The translations under genes were made by a program, and so were the position numbers. Below, in pieces: positions 10,141 to 17,916 of a DNA stretch of 43,880 bases (position 1 is the stretch's first letter; the number at the start of each line of letters is the position of its first letter). This DNA is from Burkholderiaceae bacterium (GTDB lineage: Bacteria > Pseudomonadota > Gammaproteobacteria > Burkholderiales > Burkholderiaceae_C). The stretch spans positions 1 to 43,880 of the forward strand of contig JBOHHM010000020.1 in the NCBI GenBank assembly GCA_050725495.1. Reading direction: 5' to 3'. A model generated the notes under the pieces. That model was not told the DNA's origin. It was given only the letters and a program-made list of their open reading frames with translations, and searched no databases.

Positions 10141-11233
10141 ACTGCGCGACCTGCTCGCCGATCGCCAGCGCGCTGGTCAGGCCCGGCGACTCGATGCCGA
10201 ACAGGTTGACCAGACCGGCCAGGCCGTGGTCGGCCGGCCCCTGGATCACGAAGTCCTTCGCCGCCTCGTGCGGCGCCTGGATCTTGGGCCGGATGCCGGC
10301 ATAGCCCGGAATCAGCGCCCCGTCCTGCAGCGCCGGCCAGTACTTGCGCACCTCGGCGTAGAAGCTGTCGCCGCGCGCCGGGTCCACGACCAGGTCGTCA
10401 GGCGAATCCACCCATTGCACATCGGGGCCGAACTTGGCCTGCCCGCCCAGGTCGAGGGTGAGGTGCACGCCCAGGCCCGCGGCTTCGGGCACGGGATAGA
10501 TCAGGCGCTTGAACGGCGAGCGACCGGCCAGCGTGAAATAGCTGCCCTTGGCGTAGTAGCTCGGCGGAATATGGCGCGCCGCCAGGCCCTCAAAGCGCCG
10601 GGCCAGCGCCTGCGCCTGCAGGCCGGCGGCGTTCACGAGGCTGCGGGCCTGCAGCTGCGTGCCGTCGGTTGCTACCAAAACAATAGCACCCTGCGACCAT
10701 CTGGCGCCAGCCAGAGGCGTGTTCAATACAACGAGACCGCCGGCGTTCTCGATGTCGCCCTGCAGGCTGAGCATCAGCGCGTGGCTGTCGACAATGCCGG
10801 TGCTGGGCGACAGCACGGCGGCCCCGCATTCGAGTTGCGGCTCCAGCGCAAGGGCCTGCTCGCGCGTGAGCCGCAACAGATCGTCCACGCCGTTGGCTGC
10901 GGCCTTGGCCACCACGCCCTGCAGCTGTGCGAGCTGGGCCTCGGACGTTGCCACGATCAGCTTGCCGCAGCGGCTATGGGCGATGCCGCGTTCGGCGCAG
11001 TAGGCATAGAGCATCTGCTTGCCCCGCACGCACAGGCGCGCCTTGAGCGAGCCCTGGGGGTAGTAGATGCCCGCGTGAATCACCTCGCTGTTGCGCGAAC
11101 TGGTGCCGGTGCCAATCGCGTCTGCGGCCTCCAGCACCATGACCTCGCGGCCCTGCAGGGCCAGGGCGCGGGCCACAGCCAGCCCCACCACACCGGCGCC
11201 CACCACCACGCAGTCGAGCTGATCCATGCTCAA
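10124..11233 (-). CDS. FAD-dependent oxidoreductase (L-2-hydroxyglutarate oxidase-like)
   Basis: N-terminal dinucleotide fold [29 protein letters not shown] and [14 protein letters not shown]; 369 aa. Confidence 0.75.
   Translation of the reverse strand: MSMDQLDCVVVGAGVVGLAVARALALQGREVMVLEAADAIGTGTSSRNSEVIHAGIYYPQGSLKARLCVRGKQMLYAYCAERGIAHSRCGKLIVATSEAQLAQLQGVVAKAAANGVDDLLRLTREQALALEPQLECGAAVLSPSTGIVDSHALMLSLQGDIENAGGLVVLNTPLAGARWSQGAIVLVATDGTQLQARSLVNAAGLQAQALARRFEGLAARHIPPSYYAKGSYFTLAGRSPFKRLIYPVPEAAGLGVHLTLDLGGQAKFGPDVQWVDSPDDLVVDPARGDSFYAEVRKYWPALQDGALIPGYAGIRPKIQAPHEAAKDFVIQGPADHGLAGLVNLFGIESPGLTSALAIGEQVAQLLSKE
10669..10688. repeat. GCTA-N10-TAGC motif, copy c
   Basis: TTGCTACCAAAACAATAGCA (complement TGCTATTGTTTTGGTAGCAA) inside the oxidoreductase CDS, read as six consecutive A/T-ending codons GCT ATT GTT TTG GTA GCA. 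Confidence 0.6.
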
Positions 11234-11242
11234 AACTTCTCC

Positions 11243-12292
11243 TCAAATCTGTTCGAAACCTTCGATGACATTGACCGCATTCACGCCCAGTTCGGCCGCG
11301 GCATAACCCCCTTCGAGCACGAACACCGTGGGCAGTGCCAGCCGGCCCAGGTGTTCGCCCAATAGCGAGAAATCGTCTTGCTGCAAAGCGAACCTGGAGA
11401 TCGGGTCGCCCGCATAAATGTCGAGCCCGAGCGAGACCACCAGGGCGTCGGCCTCGTACTGGGCAATGGCCACGCAGGCCTGCTCGAGCGCCTCGAACCA
11501 GGCGTCGGCCGTGCAGCCGGCGGGCAGGGGCAGGTTGACGTTGAAGCCCGTGCCCGCGCCCTCGCCGGTCTCGTCCGCATGGCCGAGGTAGAACGGGTAC
11601 TCGGTGCGCGGGTCGCCATGCAGGCTCACAAACAACACGTCGTCGCGGTCATAGAAGATGCTTTGCGTGCCGTTGCCATGGTGGTAGTCCACATCGAGCA
11701 CGGCCACCCGGCGCGCACCACCGCGCCCTCCATGCTCCAGCAGGGCCTGGGCCGCGACGGCCGCATTGTTCAAAAAGCAGTAACCACCCATGAAGTCGGC
11801 CCCGGCATGGTGGCCCGGCGGGCGGGTACAGCAAAACACGGCTCGCTCGCCGGCGCTCAACAAGGCCGCCGCGCTGGCCGCCGCATCGGCGCCGGCCTTG
11901 GCCGCGCCCCAGGTGCCGGCCACCAGCGGCGAGCCGTTGTCCATCGAGTACAGCCCCAGGCGCGCGGTGAAGTTGGCCGGCTCCAGGTCGCTGCGCAGCG
12001 TGCGCACCGGCCAGACCGAGGGAAAAGGCTGGCGCTGCGCGTTGGCGGGGTCCAGCGCCAGCCAGTCCTGCCAGGCATGTTCCAGAAACGCCAGGTAGCG
12101 CTCGGTATGCACCTGGGCCAGCACGGCACGACTGTCGCAGTGCGGCTCGCGCAGCGTGTGACCGCGCTCGCTCAGGCGGGCCTTGACAAACTCCGCGCGC
12201 GCCGGCGTTTCAAAGCAGGGCACGCGCTCGCCCCTGAAGATCTCGAAAGCGGGCGCGTGCGCAAGGTGGTTGGCGCTGAAGAAAGTAATCAT
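11243..12292 (-). CDS. Histone deacetylase-family amidohydrolase (acetylpolyamine/acetoin-utilisation type)
   Basis: RPPGHHA...VAVLDVDYHHGNGTQSIFYDRDDVLFVSLHGDP...GGY, the arginase/deacetylase fold signature. Confidence 0.8.
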   Translation of the reverse strand: MITFFSANHLAHAPAFEIFRGERVPCFETPARAEFVKARLSERGHTLREPHCDSRAVLAQVHTERYLAFLEHAWQDWLALDPANAQRQPFPSVWPVRTLRSDLEPANFTARLGLYSMDNGSPLVAGTWGAAKAGADAAASAAALLSAGERAVFCCTRPPGHHAGADFMGGYCFLNNAAVAAQALLEHGGRGGARRVAVLDVDYHHGNGTQSIFYDRDDVLFVSLHGDPRTEYPFYLGHADETGEGAGTGFNVNLPLPAGCTADAWFEALEQACVAIAQYEADALVVSLGLDIYAGDPISRFALQQDDFSLLGEHLGRLALPTVFVLEGGYAAAELGVNAVNVIEGFEQI

Positions 12293-12505
12293 GTTGGTGC
12301 GGCATTGCCCTAAGGCCGTTGCGAATGAGCGGCTTGTAGTTTCTCACGGTGTGACCAGGCCCGGCAGACCAAATTCATGCCCGCCACCGATGCGAAAAGC
12401 CAACACGATTGACATACCCTTGTGGTGAAAGCCCGTTAAACGTGTCGTCCATGTCACAAGCCAATCGCAGAATTGGCCCAAAAACTGCGCTGTCAGGAGG
12501 AAGCC

Positions 12506-13346
12506 ATGTCGATCAGGAAACTACTGTCACCGGGCAAGAACAGCAGCCGACTGGTACTGATCTTTGGCATCCTGGCCCTCATCGCTGTCATTGCTGCGGC
12601 ACTGAGCTCCGCCTGGATGTTGCGCCAGCAAACCCTCAAGGAGTGGCGCAACCAGCTCTCCAGCCTGTCGTTGATCATCGCGGACCACGCCAGCCAGGTG
12701 CTGTTCTCCGCGCACACGGTGCTCGACACCGTGACCGGCAATGTGCGCGCCGCCAACCTCCAGGACCGCGACAGCTTTCGCACGGCCCTGAGCACCGAGG
12801 CCTGGCACAAGCAGCTCAAGGACAAGATCGAGGGCAACCCCATCATCGACGTTGTCGCCCTCATCGACGCCAAGGGCGACGTGCTGAATTTTTCCCGCTC
12901 GTTTCCGGCCGCCAAAATCAATGCGGCGGACCGCGACTATTTCCTCGCCCATGCGGCCGACAGCAAGCTGGACGTCTTCACCAGCACAGCCGTCAAGAAC
13001 CGGGGCAACGGCAAATGGTCCTTCTTCCTGACACGCCGCATCGACAACGCCAGTGGCGAGATGCTGGGCCTGGTGCTGGTCGGCATCTCGGCCGAAGTGT
13101 TTTCGCGCTTTTATGAACGCGTGGGCGCGGACCTGGGTGAAGGCGCCTCGATCTCGCTGTACCGCCGCGATTTCACCCTGATGACGCGCTGGCCGATGAA
13201 GGAAGAGCTGATTGGCAAGCAGAACCTGACGGGCGTCTCCAAACGGGTGATCGAGGACCAGAAGCGCGCTGGCGCAGGCCGTGCAGCAGGCCGATGGCGC
13301 GGCGCTGCGCAAGGCGGCGCACAAACTGCGCGGCGTCAGCGCGGGT
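12506..13346 (+). pseudogene. Remnant of a membrane sensor protein: N-terminal TM + Cache-like periplasmic domain, then an out-of-frame HPt-like fragment
   Basis: AGGAGG RBS plus ATG 12506. MSIRKLLSPGKNSSRLVLIFGILALIAVIAAAL (TM), then ...DVVALIDAKGDVLNFSRSFP...DRDYFLAH...NRGNGKWSFFLTRRI (Cache-like). After about 13262 the frame becomes Arg/Gly/Ala junk. In the +1 frame, 13266-13346 read ALAQAVQQADGAALRKAAHKLRGVSAG (HPt H-box-like). No kinase, GGDEF or MCP output domain is present. Confidence 0.5.
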
Positions 13347-14175
13347 CGGTGCGCAGCAGCAACTCCAGCAGCGAGCGCAGGCTCTGCTGGAGCGGCGCAA
13401 AGCCCTCGGTGAGTTCCAGCGTCTGCTCGTTCATGTAGAGCTTGCGATTGATCTCCACCTGAATGCTGTGGCGCTGCTGCGCCGGCTTGCCGTAGCGGCG
13501 CACCAGCTCCACGCCCTTGTAGGGATGGTTGTAGGCGACGCTGTAGCCCAGCCCTTTCAGATGCTCACAAATTTGTAGCGACAGACTCCCGCTGGCTGTG
13601 GATTCGTCGCGGTTTCCGATCACGAAGTCGGCATGAACCAGTCCTGGAAATTCGGTCGCATGGCTGGACGCCACCGCCGGCATGGAGTGGCAGTTGAGGT
13701 GGATGCTGTAGCCATGGCGCGCGTGGGCCGCCTCGATCGCCTGGGCCACGGCCGCATGGTAGGGCTGCCAGCAGCGGGCGATGCGCGCGCGCACTTCGGC
13801 CACCGTGAGTGCTCGGTCATAGATGGGAATGCCCTCGTCCGTCAAGCGCCAGACCAGACCCTTGCCCAGGCGCACCTTGGACAGCACCTGGGGGTCGGTC
13901 GCCACGGGATCGGGCCAGGGCTCGTCGAACAGCGTGGTGTCGATCTCGGTGGTGTTGCGGTTGGCGTCCAGGTAGCTGCGCGGAAAATGTGCCTCGATCC
14001 AGGCCACGCCGAGCGCCGGCGCGAAGTCGTAGAGCTTGTCCACATGCGTGTCTTCGGCCCGGCGCAGCGTGGCCAGTTCGCAGGCGAAGCCGAAGTCGTC
14101 GGGGTAGGCCGTGCCGCTGTGCGGCGAATCGAGCACCAGCGGCGTCGTCCCGGGAAGAGAGGTCAGGTACTGCAT
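13336..14175 (-). CDS. N-formylglutamate amidohydrolase family protein
   Basis: MQYLTSLPGTTPLVLDSPHSGTAYPDDF...FPRSYLDANRN...HLNCHSMP, FGase-family blocks. ATG 14175 is preferred over TTG 14193. Confidence 0.8.
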   Translation of the reverse strand: MQYLTSLPGTTPLVLDSPHSGTAYPDDFGFACELATLRRAEDTHVDKLYDFAPALGVAWIEAHFPRSYLDANRNTTEIDTTLFDEPWPDPVATDPQVLSKVRLGKGLVWRLTDEGIPIYDRALTVAEVRARIARCWQPYHAAVAQAIEAAHARHGYSIHLNCHSMPAVASSHATEFPGLVHADFVIGNRDESTASGSLSLQICEHLKGLGYSVAYNHPYKGVELVRRYGKPAQQRHSIQVEINRKLYMNEQTLELTEGFAPLQQSLRSLLELLLRTDPR

Positions 14176-14264
14176 GCCTGGATTGTGACGCAAGGACGAC
14201 AGCCAAAACCGCCGCGACTGGGCAAACTTGACGCCATCGCCCCACAGCCCTTCAAGGAAACTCC

Positions 14265-15026
14265 ATGAATTTATTCAAGCTCGGCGGCAAGGTCGCCATC
14301 GTCACCGGCTCCAGCCGCGGCATCGGCCGCTCGATCGCGATCCAGCTCGCCCAAGCGGGCGCCCGGGTCGTGATCTCCAGCCGCAAACTCGAGGCCTGCG
14401 AGGAAGTCGTCCAAACGATTCGCAGCACCGGAGGCCAGGCCATCGCGATCGCAGCCAACATCTCGGACAAGGCCCAGCTCGAGGCCCTGGTGCAGCAAAC
14501 GCGCGCCACCTGGGGCGGCATCGACATCATGGTCTGCAACGCCGCCAGCAACCCGTACTACGGCCCGATGGCCGAGCTGCCCGACGAGATGTTCGACAAG
14601 ATCATGCGCAACAACGTGCTGTCCAACCTGTGGCTGTGCAAGCTGGCCTACCCCGACATGGCGGCCAGGAAAAACGGCGCCATCGTCATCGTGTCGTCGA
14701 TCGGTGGCCTGCATGGCTCGCCGGTGATTGGCGCCTACAACGTGTCCAAGGCGGCCGACATGCAGCTGGCGCGCAACCTGGCTGTCGAATGGGGACCCGA
14801 CAACATCCGCGTCAACTGCATCGCGCCAGGCCTGATCCGCACCGACTTCGCCAAAGCCCTGCATGAAAATCCCGCGCTCAAGGCCAAGGTGGAAGGCGAG
14901 ACGCCGCTGCGCCGCATCGGCGAGCCCGACGACATCGGCGGCATTGCCGTGCTGCTGGCCAGCGCCGCGGGCCAATACATCACGGGCCAGACCATCGTGG
15001 CCGACGGCGGCATGATGATCCGCTGA
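14265..15026 (+). CDS. Short-chain dehydrogenase/reductase
   Basis: VAIVTGSSRGIGRSIA (TGxxxGIG), NAAS, YNVSKAA (YxxxK); 253 aa. Confidence 0.85.
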   Translation: MNLFKLGGKVAIVTGSSRGIGRSIAIQLAQAGARVVISSRKLEACEEVVQTIRSTGGQAIAIAANISDKAQLEALVQQTRATWGGIDIMVCNAASNPYYGPMAELPDEMFDKIMRNNVLSNLWLCKLAYPDMAARKNGAIVIVSSIGGLHGSPVIGAYNVSKAADMQLARNLAVEWGPDNIRVNCIAPGLIRTDFAKALHENPALKAKVEGETPLRRIGEPDDIGGIAVLLASAAGQYITGQTIVADGGMMIR

Positions 15027-15052
15027 TCATCGGCTGCGATCTCAATGAAAAA

Positions 15053-15083
15053 AGCCCGAGTCGCTCGACCCGGGCTCTTTTGT
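15053..15083. terminator. Bidirectional intrinsic terminator between the SDR gene and the tRNA 3' end
   Basis: AGCCCG (15053-15058) pairs with CGGGCT (15071-15076). An A-run lies upstream and CTTTTGT downstream. Confidence 0.6.
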
Positions 15084-15084
15084 C

Positions 15085-15132
15085 TGGTGGGTGGTACAGG
15101 GTTTGAACCTGTGACCCCTGCCGTGTGAAGGC
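15085..15132 (-). tRNA. 3' fragment of a tRNA (T-arm, acceptor 3' strand, CCA; anticodon loop TTCACAC = CAC, Val-like); putative prophage att core
   Basis: The reverse complement reads gcc-TTCACAC-ggcag-gggtc-ACAGG-TTCAAAC-CCTGT-ACCACCC-A-CCA. The matching 5' acceptor strand GGGTGGT and a D-arm are absent from the next 100 nt, and the outer two anticodon-stem pairs are broken. Confidence 0.6.
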
Positions 15133-15288
15133 TCTTGGCGCGTCACGGCCGTCTCGGCGCCAGAGTGAAGCGGCGCTGCAGGCCGTCACAAAAAGGCCGT
15201 GCACGCCAGTTTTTTGCACCGAAATTACACAGGGCAAGTCGCCGGATGATGGCTTTTCCTCTTAGGGTTTGCCCCTAAAAAATACTTC

Positions 15289-15316
15289 TTGAATTGCACG
15301 TTTAACGTGCTATTAT
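15289..15316 (+). promoter_or_regulatory. Sigma70-type promoter with a palindromic operator in the spacer
   Basis: TTGAAT (15289-15294), a 16-nt spacer, then TATTAT (15311-15316). The spacer contains the perfect palindrome GCACGTT-T-AACGTGC (15296-15310). Confidence 0.55.
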
Positions 15317-15387
15317 TGATCCATGGACAGCAACAAAGCAGTCCACTCGCACCTCGGAGCACAGGGGCCCTTCACAGGAGTATCAAA

Positions 15388-15870
15388 ATGCAAGTTGTCA
15401 TCAACGCCAGCTACCAGGCTGTCCCCGTCTTGCTGGCACCCTTCAGGGGGCGCATGAGCCGGGCCAACACAGAGGCTGTCATGGCCGCTTTCCCCGAGTC
15501 TTTTGAGAAGGTCATGGCTGAGGCGCTGGTCCAGCAGGACCGCAAGGACATTTTCGCCAGAGAACGCATCGGAGATGCCATTGTCTCCACGGAAAACGGC
15601 AAAACCATGGTGTCCCGCGTGATCAATGAAAATGCCGAACGTCGCGTCGAAGTGGCCGATGCGAAGGAAGCCACCGCCCTGGTGCGAGAAGTTCACGGCT
15701 GCGATGTGGGCCTTTGCGAAGGTGGAACGCGCACCCGCCTGACCACCGAAGGCCGCTTGATCACCTGTGGCACGCAAAACCCGTTCACGCCCGAGCAACT
15801 GGCCGCCAGCGTGCCTGTGCTCTACACCGTGACCACGAATCGGGGCCGGATTCTGGCGAAGATCATTTAA
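15388..15870 (+). CDS. Hypothetical protein, 160 aa (prophage-end accessory gene)
   Basis: The AGGAG RBS before ATG 15388 is preferred over TTG 15289, which lies inside the promoter. Good third-position GC, lower overall GC, no recognisable motif. Confidence 0.5.
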   Translation: MQVVINASYQAVPVLLAPFRGRMSRANTEAVMAAFPESFEKVMAEALVQQDRKDIFARERIGDAIVSTENGKTMVSRVINENAERRVEVADAKEATALVREVHGCDVGLCEGGTRTRLTTEGRLITCGTQNPFTPEQLAASVPVLYTVTTNRGRILAKII

Positions 15871-15902
15871 GCACCAAGACCAAACCACCACAGGAGAAAA
15901 TC

Positions 15903-16046
15903 ATGCGGAAAGAATTCGTAGAATGCAAGACCCGCGCCACCGCCGTGCGCCGCTGCCCCTGGGCGGCCGTCATCATCAAGGTGGACGGCGGCTACATGGC
16001 ATTTGAGTCTGTCAATGACGCGGACGTTTGGCGCCGCCAGAAATGA
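15903..16046 (+). CDS. Small hypothetical protein, 47 aa
   Basis: CAGGAG RBS; MRKEFVECKTRATAVRRCPWAAVIIKVDGGYMAFESVNDADVWRRQK. Its stop overlaps the next start (ATGA). Confidence 0.45.
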   Translation: MRKEFVECKTRATAVRRCPWAAVIIKVDGGYMAFESVNDADVWRRQK

Positions 16047-16273
16047 CCAAAAACCACCGCAACCGCTCCTGGCGTGCCCAGTGGACGCCGGAGCCCATCA
16101 GTCGCACCGCCGTGCACAAGAGCGGCGTGACGGCGCGCGTGCAGCCGAGCCCGAGCGACCCCAGCAAGGACCGCATCACGCTGGAGGGCGTGGACCGGGC
16201 CGACCTGACGCGCTGGGACGTGGGCCAGCTCACCGAGCAGGCTGTCAAGCTGTGGCTGGAGGGCGAGTTTTGA
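16043..16273 (+). CDS. Small hypothetical protein, 76 aa
   Basis: MTKNHRNRSWRAQWTPEPISRTAVHKSGV...; coupled to both neighbours (ATGA and TGATG overlaps). Confidence 0.45.
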   Translation: MTKNHRNRSWRAQWTPEPISRTAVHKSGVTARVQPSPSDPSKDRITLEGVDRADLTRWDVGQLTEQAVKLWLEGEF

Positions 16274-16491
16274 TGGACCTGCTTCCACCCTCCCCGACCG
16301 GCCCCGAGATCAAGGCCGCGCGGCTGGCCGTCGGCCTGAGCCAGTCCGCCGCGGCCGAGCTGGTCGGCTACTCGCTGCGCGGCTGGCAGGATGCCGAAGC
16401 GAGTGGCGCGCCCAAGCTCCACGCGGCGACCTGGGCGTTTTTTCTGCTCGCGACAGGGCAACACAGCGGCTACGCGCTCAAACGGCGCTGA
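16273..16491 (+). CDS. XRE-family helix-turn-helix protein, 72 aa
   Basis: PEIKAARLAVGLSQSAAAELVGYSLRGWQDAE is a Cro/C1-type HTH pattern. It is in frame within track ORF 16003..16491. Confidence 0.65.
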   Translation: MDLLPPSPTGPEIKAARLAVGLSQSAAAELVGYSLRGWQDAEASGAPKLHAATWAFFLLATGQHSGYALKRR

Positions 16492-16497
16492 GGCCGA

Positions 16498-16797
16498 CTA
16501 TTGCGGCCAAGCCTCCACCAGCCGCCGGTGCCGGCTCTGGCACTCGCGGTAGGCCTGGGCGGTGGCTATGGACCAGCGCAGCACGGCGCGGCCGGTGCCG
16601 TCAGCGGGGGGCTGCAGGTCCGGGCAGGGCGTGGCCAGGTTGGGCGGCAGGAGCAGGCTGTCCGAGCGCACCAGCGAGTGAGCGCAGGCCGTCGTCGTCA
16701 AAACAAGCGCGCAGATAGACAGGGCGCTCCACGATCTTTTCCACTTCGACGCGCAGGGTGTTGATGCGGCGGTTGTCATCGGTCTTGTCCTTTTCAT
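16498..16797 (-). CDS. Putative o-spanin (Rz1-like lipoprotein), overlapping and extending past the i-spanin gene
   Basis: Alternative frame of the Rz-like gene: MKRTRPMTTAASTPCASKWKRSWSALSICALVLTTTAC-AHSLV..LLLPPNLATPCPDLQPP, i.e. a charged n-region, a hydrophobic core, a Cys, then a Pro-rich mature part. The lipobox is not canonical and the start (16797 or 16779) is uncertain. Confidence 0.5.
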   Translation of the reverse strand: MKRTRPMTTAASTPCASKWKRSWSALSICALVLTTTACAHSLVRSDSLLLPPNLATPCPDLQPPADGTGRAVLRWSIATAQAYRECQSRHRRLVEAWPQ

Positions 16798-16984
16798 GGG
16801 CGGCGCTGGCCGCGCTGGCGGCCCGCTCCTGGTGGCGGCGCTGCTCGGCCTGTTGCGCCCGCTCATCGGCCCAGTCGGCGCGCACGGCGGCCTTGCCGGC
16901 GCGGTACATCCAGCCGTGAGACAGGGCCAGCGAGGCCGCCAGGCCGATCGCCAGCCAGAGCCTGGGCGACAGCAGGGCCATCAT
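16601..16984 (-). CDS. Putative i-spanin (Rz-like)
   Basis: N-terminal TM LLSPRLWLAIGLAASLALSHGWMY followed by a charged coiled-coil-like region ADWADERAQQAEQRRHQERAA. It lies directly after the endolysin. Confidence 0.6.
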   Translation of the reverse strand: MMALLSPRLWLAIGLAASLALSHGWMYRAGKAAVRADWADERAQQAEQRRHQERAASAASAAHEKDKTDDNRRINTLRVEVEKIVERPVYLRACFDDDGLRSLAGALGQPAPAAQPGHALPGPAAPR

Positions 16985-17082
16985 TCCTCGCTCCTGTCAT
17001 CGTCATCTCGCCGATTCCGCCGATCCGGCCACATCCAGCCCATCCAGATCGCCCACAGGATGAGCCAGCTGCCGGGCCTCAT
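16981..17082 (-). CDS. Possible 33-aa Trp-rich membrane peptide between the endolysin and the spanin
   Basis: MRPGSWLILWAIWMGWMWPDRRNRRDDDDRSEE. Its ATG overlaps the endolysin stop (ATGA) and its TGA overlaps the spanin ATG (ATGATG). It is too short to call with certainty. Confidence 0.35.
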   Translation of the reverse strand: MRPGSWLILWAIWMGWMWPDRRNRRDDDDRSEE

Positions 17083-17537
17083 GCCAGCTCCTGGATGCCC
17101 AGCTGCACGCCGGCGTCGGTGATGGTGATCACGCGGTTGACGGCGTGCTCGGGCGGGGCGGTGGACACATGGACCCATTGCTTGCCCTTGACGCCCTCCA
17201 GGATCAGCTGGCCTATGCCCAGCACCGCGACCAGGGGCGCCAGGGTCTTGGCGATCCGGTAGGGCGTGCCGAAGCCGGGCGCGACGATGTCGGCGGCGCG
17301 GCCGGTGGTGTGGTCGCTGGTGCGGCGGCTGCCGAGCGCGGCGTTCAGGCGAGCGCAGCGGTAGCCGCTGGTGACGGTGAGCGGCACGCCCAGCGTGGCA
17401 CGGATGCGCTCGAGCAGCTCGGCGGTGCGGATCAGCGGCGGCAGCAGCTCTGGCGGCGCCGTATTGTCCAGGCCCAGCTCGCGGGCCCGGGTGCTGGCGG
17501 TGAGCTCGGCCAGCGTGAAATGCGGTGTCAGTTGCAT
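17079..17537 (-). CDS. Endolysin, peptidase M15 (D-Ala-D-Ala carboxypeptidase-like) family
   Basis: FTLAELTAS...TSGYRCARLNAALGSRRTSDHTTGRAADI...VHVS, the zinc-ligand H/D/H pattern of M15 peptidases. Confidence 0.85.
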   Translation of the reverse strand: MQLTPHFTLAELTASTRARELGLDNTAPPELLPPLIRTAELLERIRATLGVPLTVTSGYRCARLNAALGSRRTSDHTTGRAADIVAPGFGTPYRIAKTLAPLVAVLGIGQLILEGVKGKQWVHVSTAPPEHAVNRVITITDAGVQLGIQELA

Positions 17538-17540
17538 GGG

Positions 17541-17834
17541 TCATCCCTCCTTGATTCGGGTACGAACAATGAGCACGGCAAAGCCCGCCATCACGCAGGC
17601 GTCCTGCAGCGTGGGCGGGTCGAGCGCCAGCAGCGGCGTGATGACGGCACCGGCGCCGCCGACGGCCAGCAGGGCCCAGGCGAGGGCCTTGAGGCCGTCG
17701 ACCAGGCGCTGCTGGGCGCTGAGGCCGCGCGCGCAGGGGTTGCTGCGCTCGAGCTTGTTGAGCGCCTCGGCCAGCACGACGAGGCCGGCGAGCCAATGCC
17801 CGATCTGCAAGGTGGTGGACAGCGCGGCGCTCAT
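17541..17834 (-). CDS. Putative holin / lysis membrane protein
   Basis: About 97 aa with 2-3 hydrophobic segments (LQIGHWLAGLVVLAEAL, ALAWALLAVGGAGAVITPLLAL, VMAGFAVLIV) and a basic C-terminus, immediately upstream of the endolysin. Confidence 0.5.
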   Translation of the reverse strand: MSAALSTTLQIGHWLAGLVVLAEALNKLERSNPCARGLSAQQRLVDGLKALAWALLAVGGAGAVITPLLALDPPTLQDACVMAGFAVLIVRTRIKEG

Positions 17835-17916
17835 GACCACCCCCACACTCGGCACTGCGTGTCCTCGCTGCCCCCCGAGGGGGCCTTCGCTTGCTTGGGG
17901 CGGCTCAGCGCGGCGC

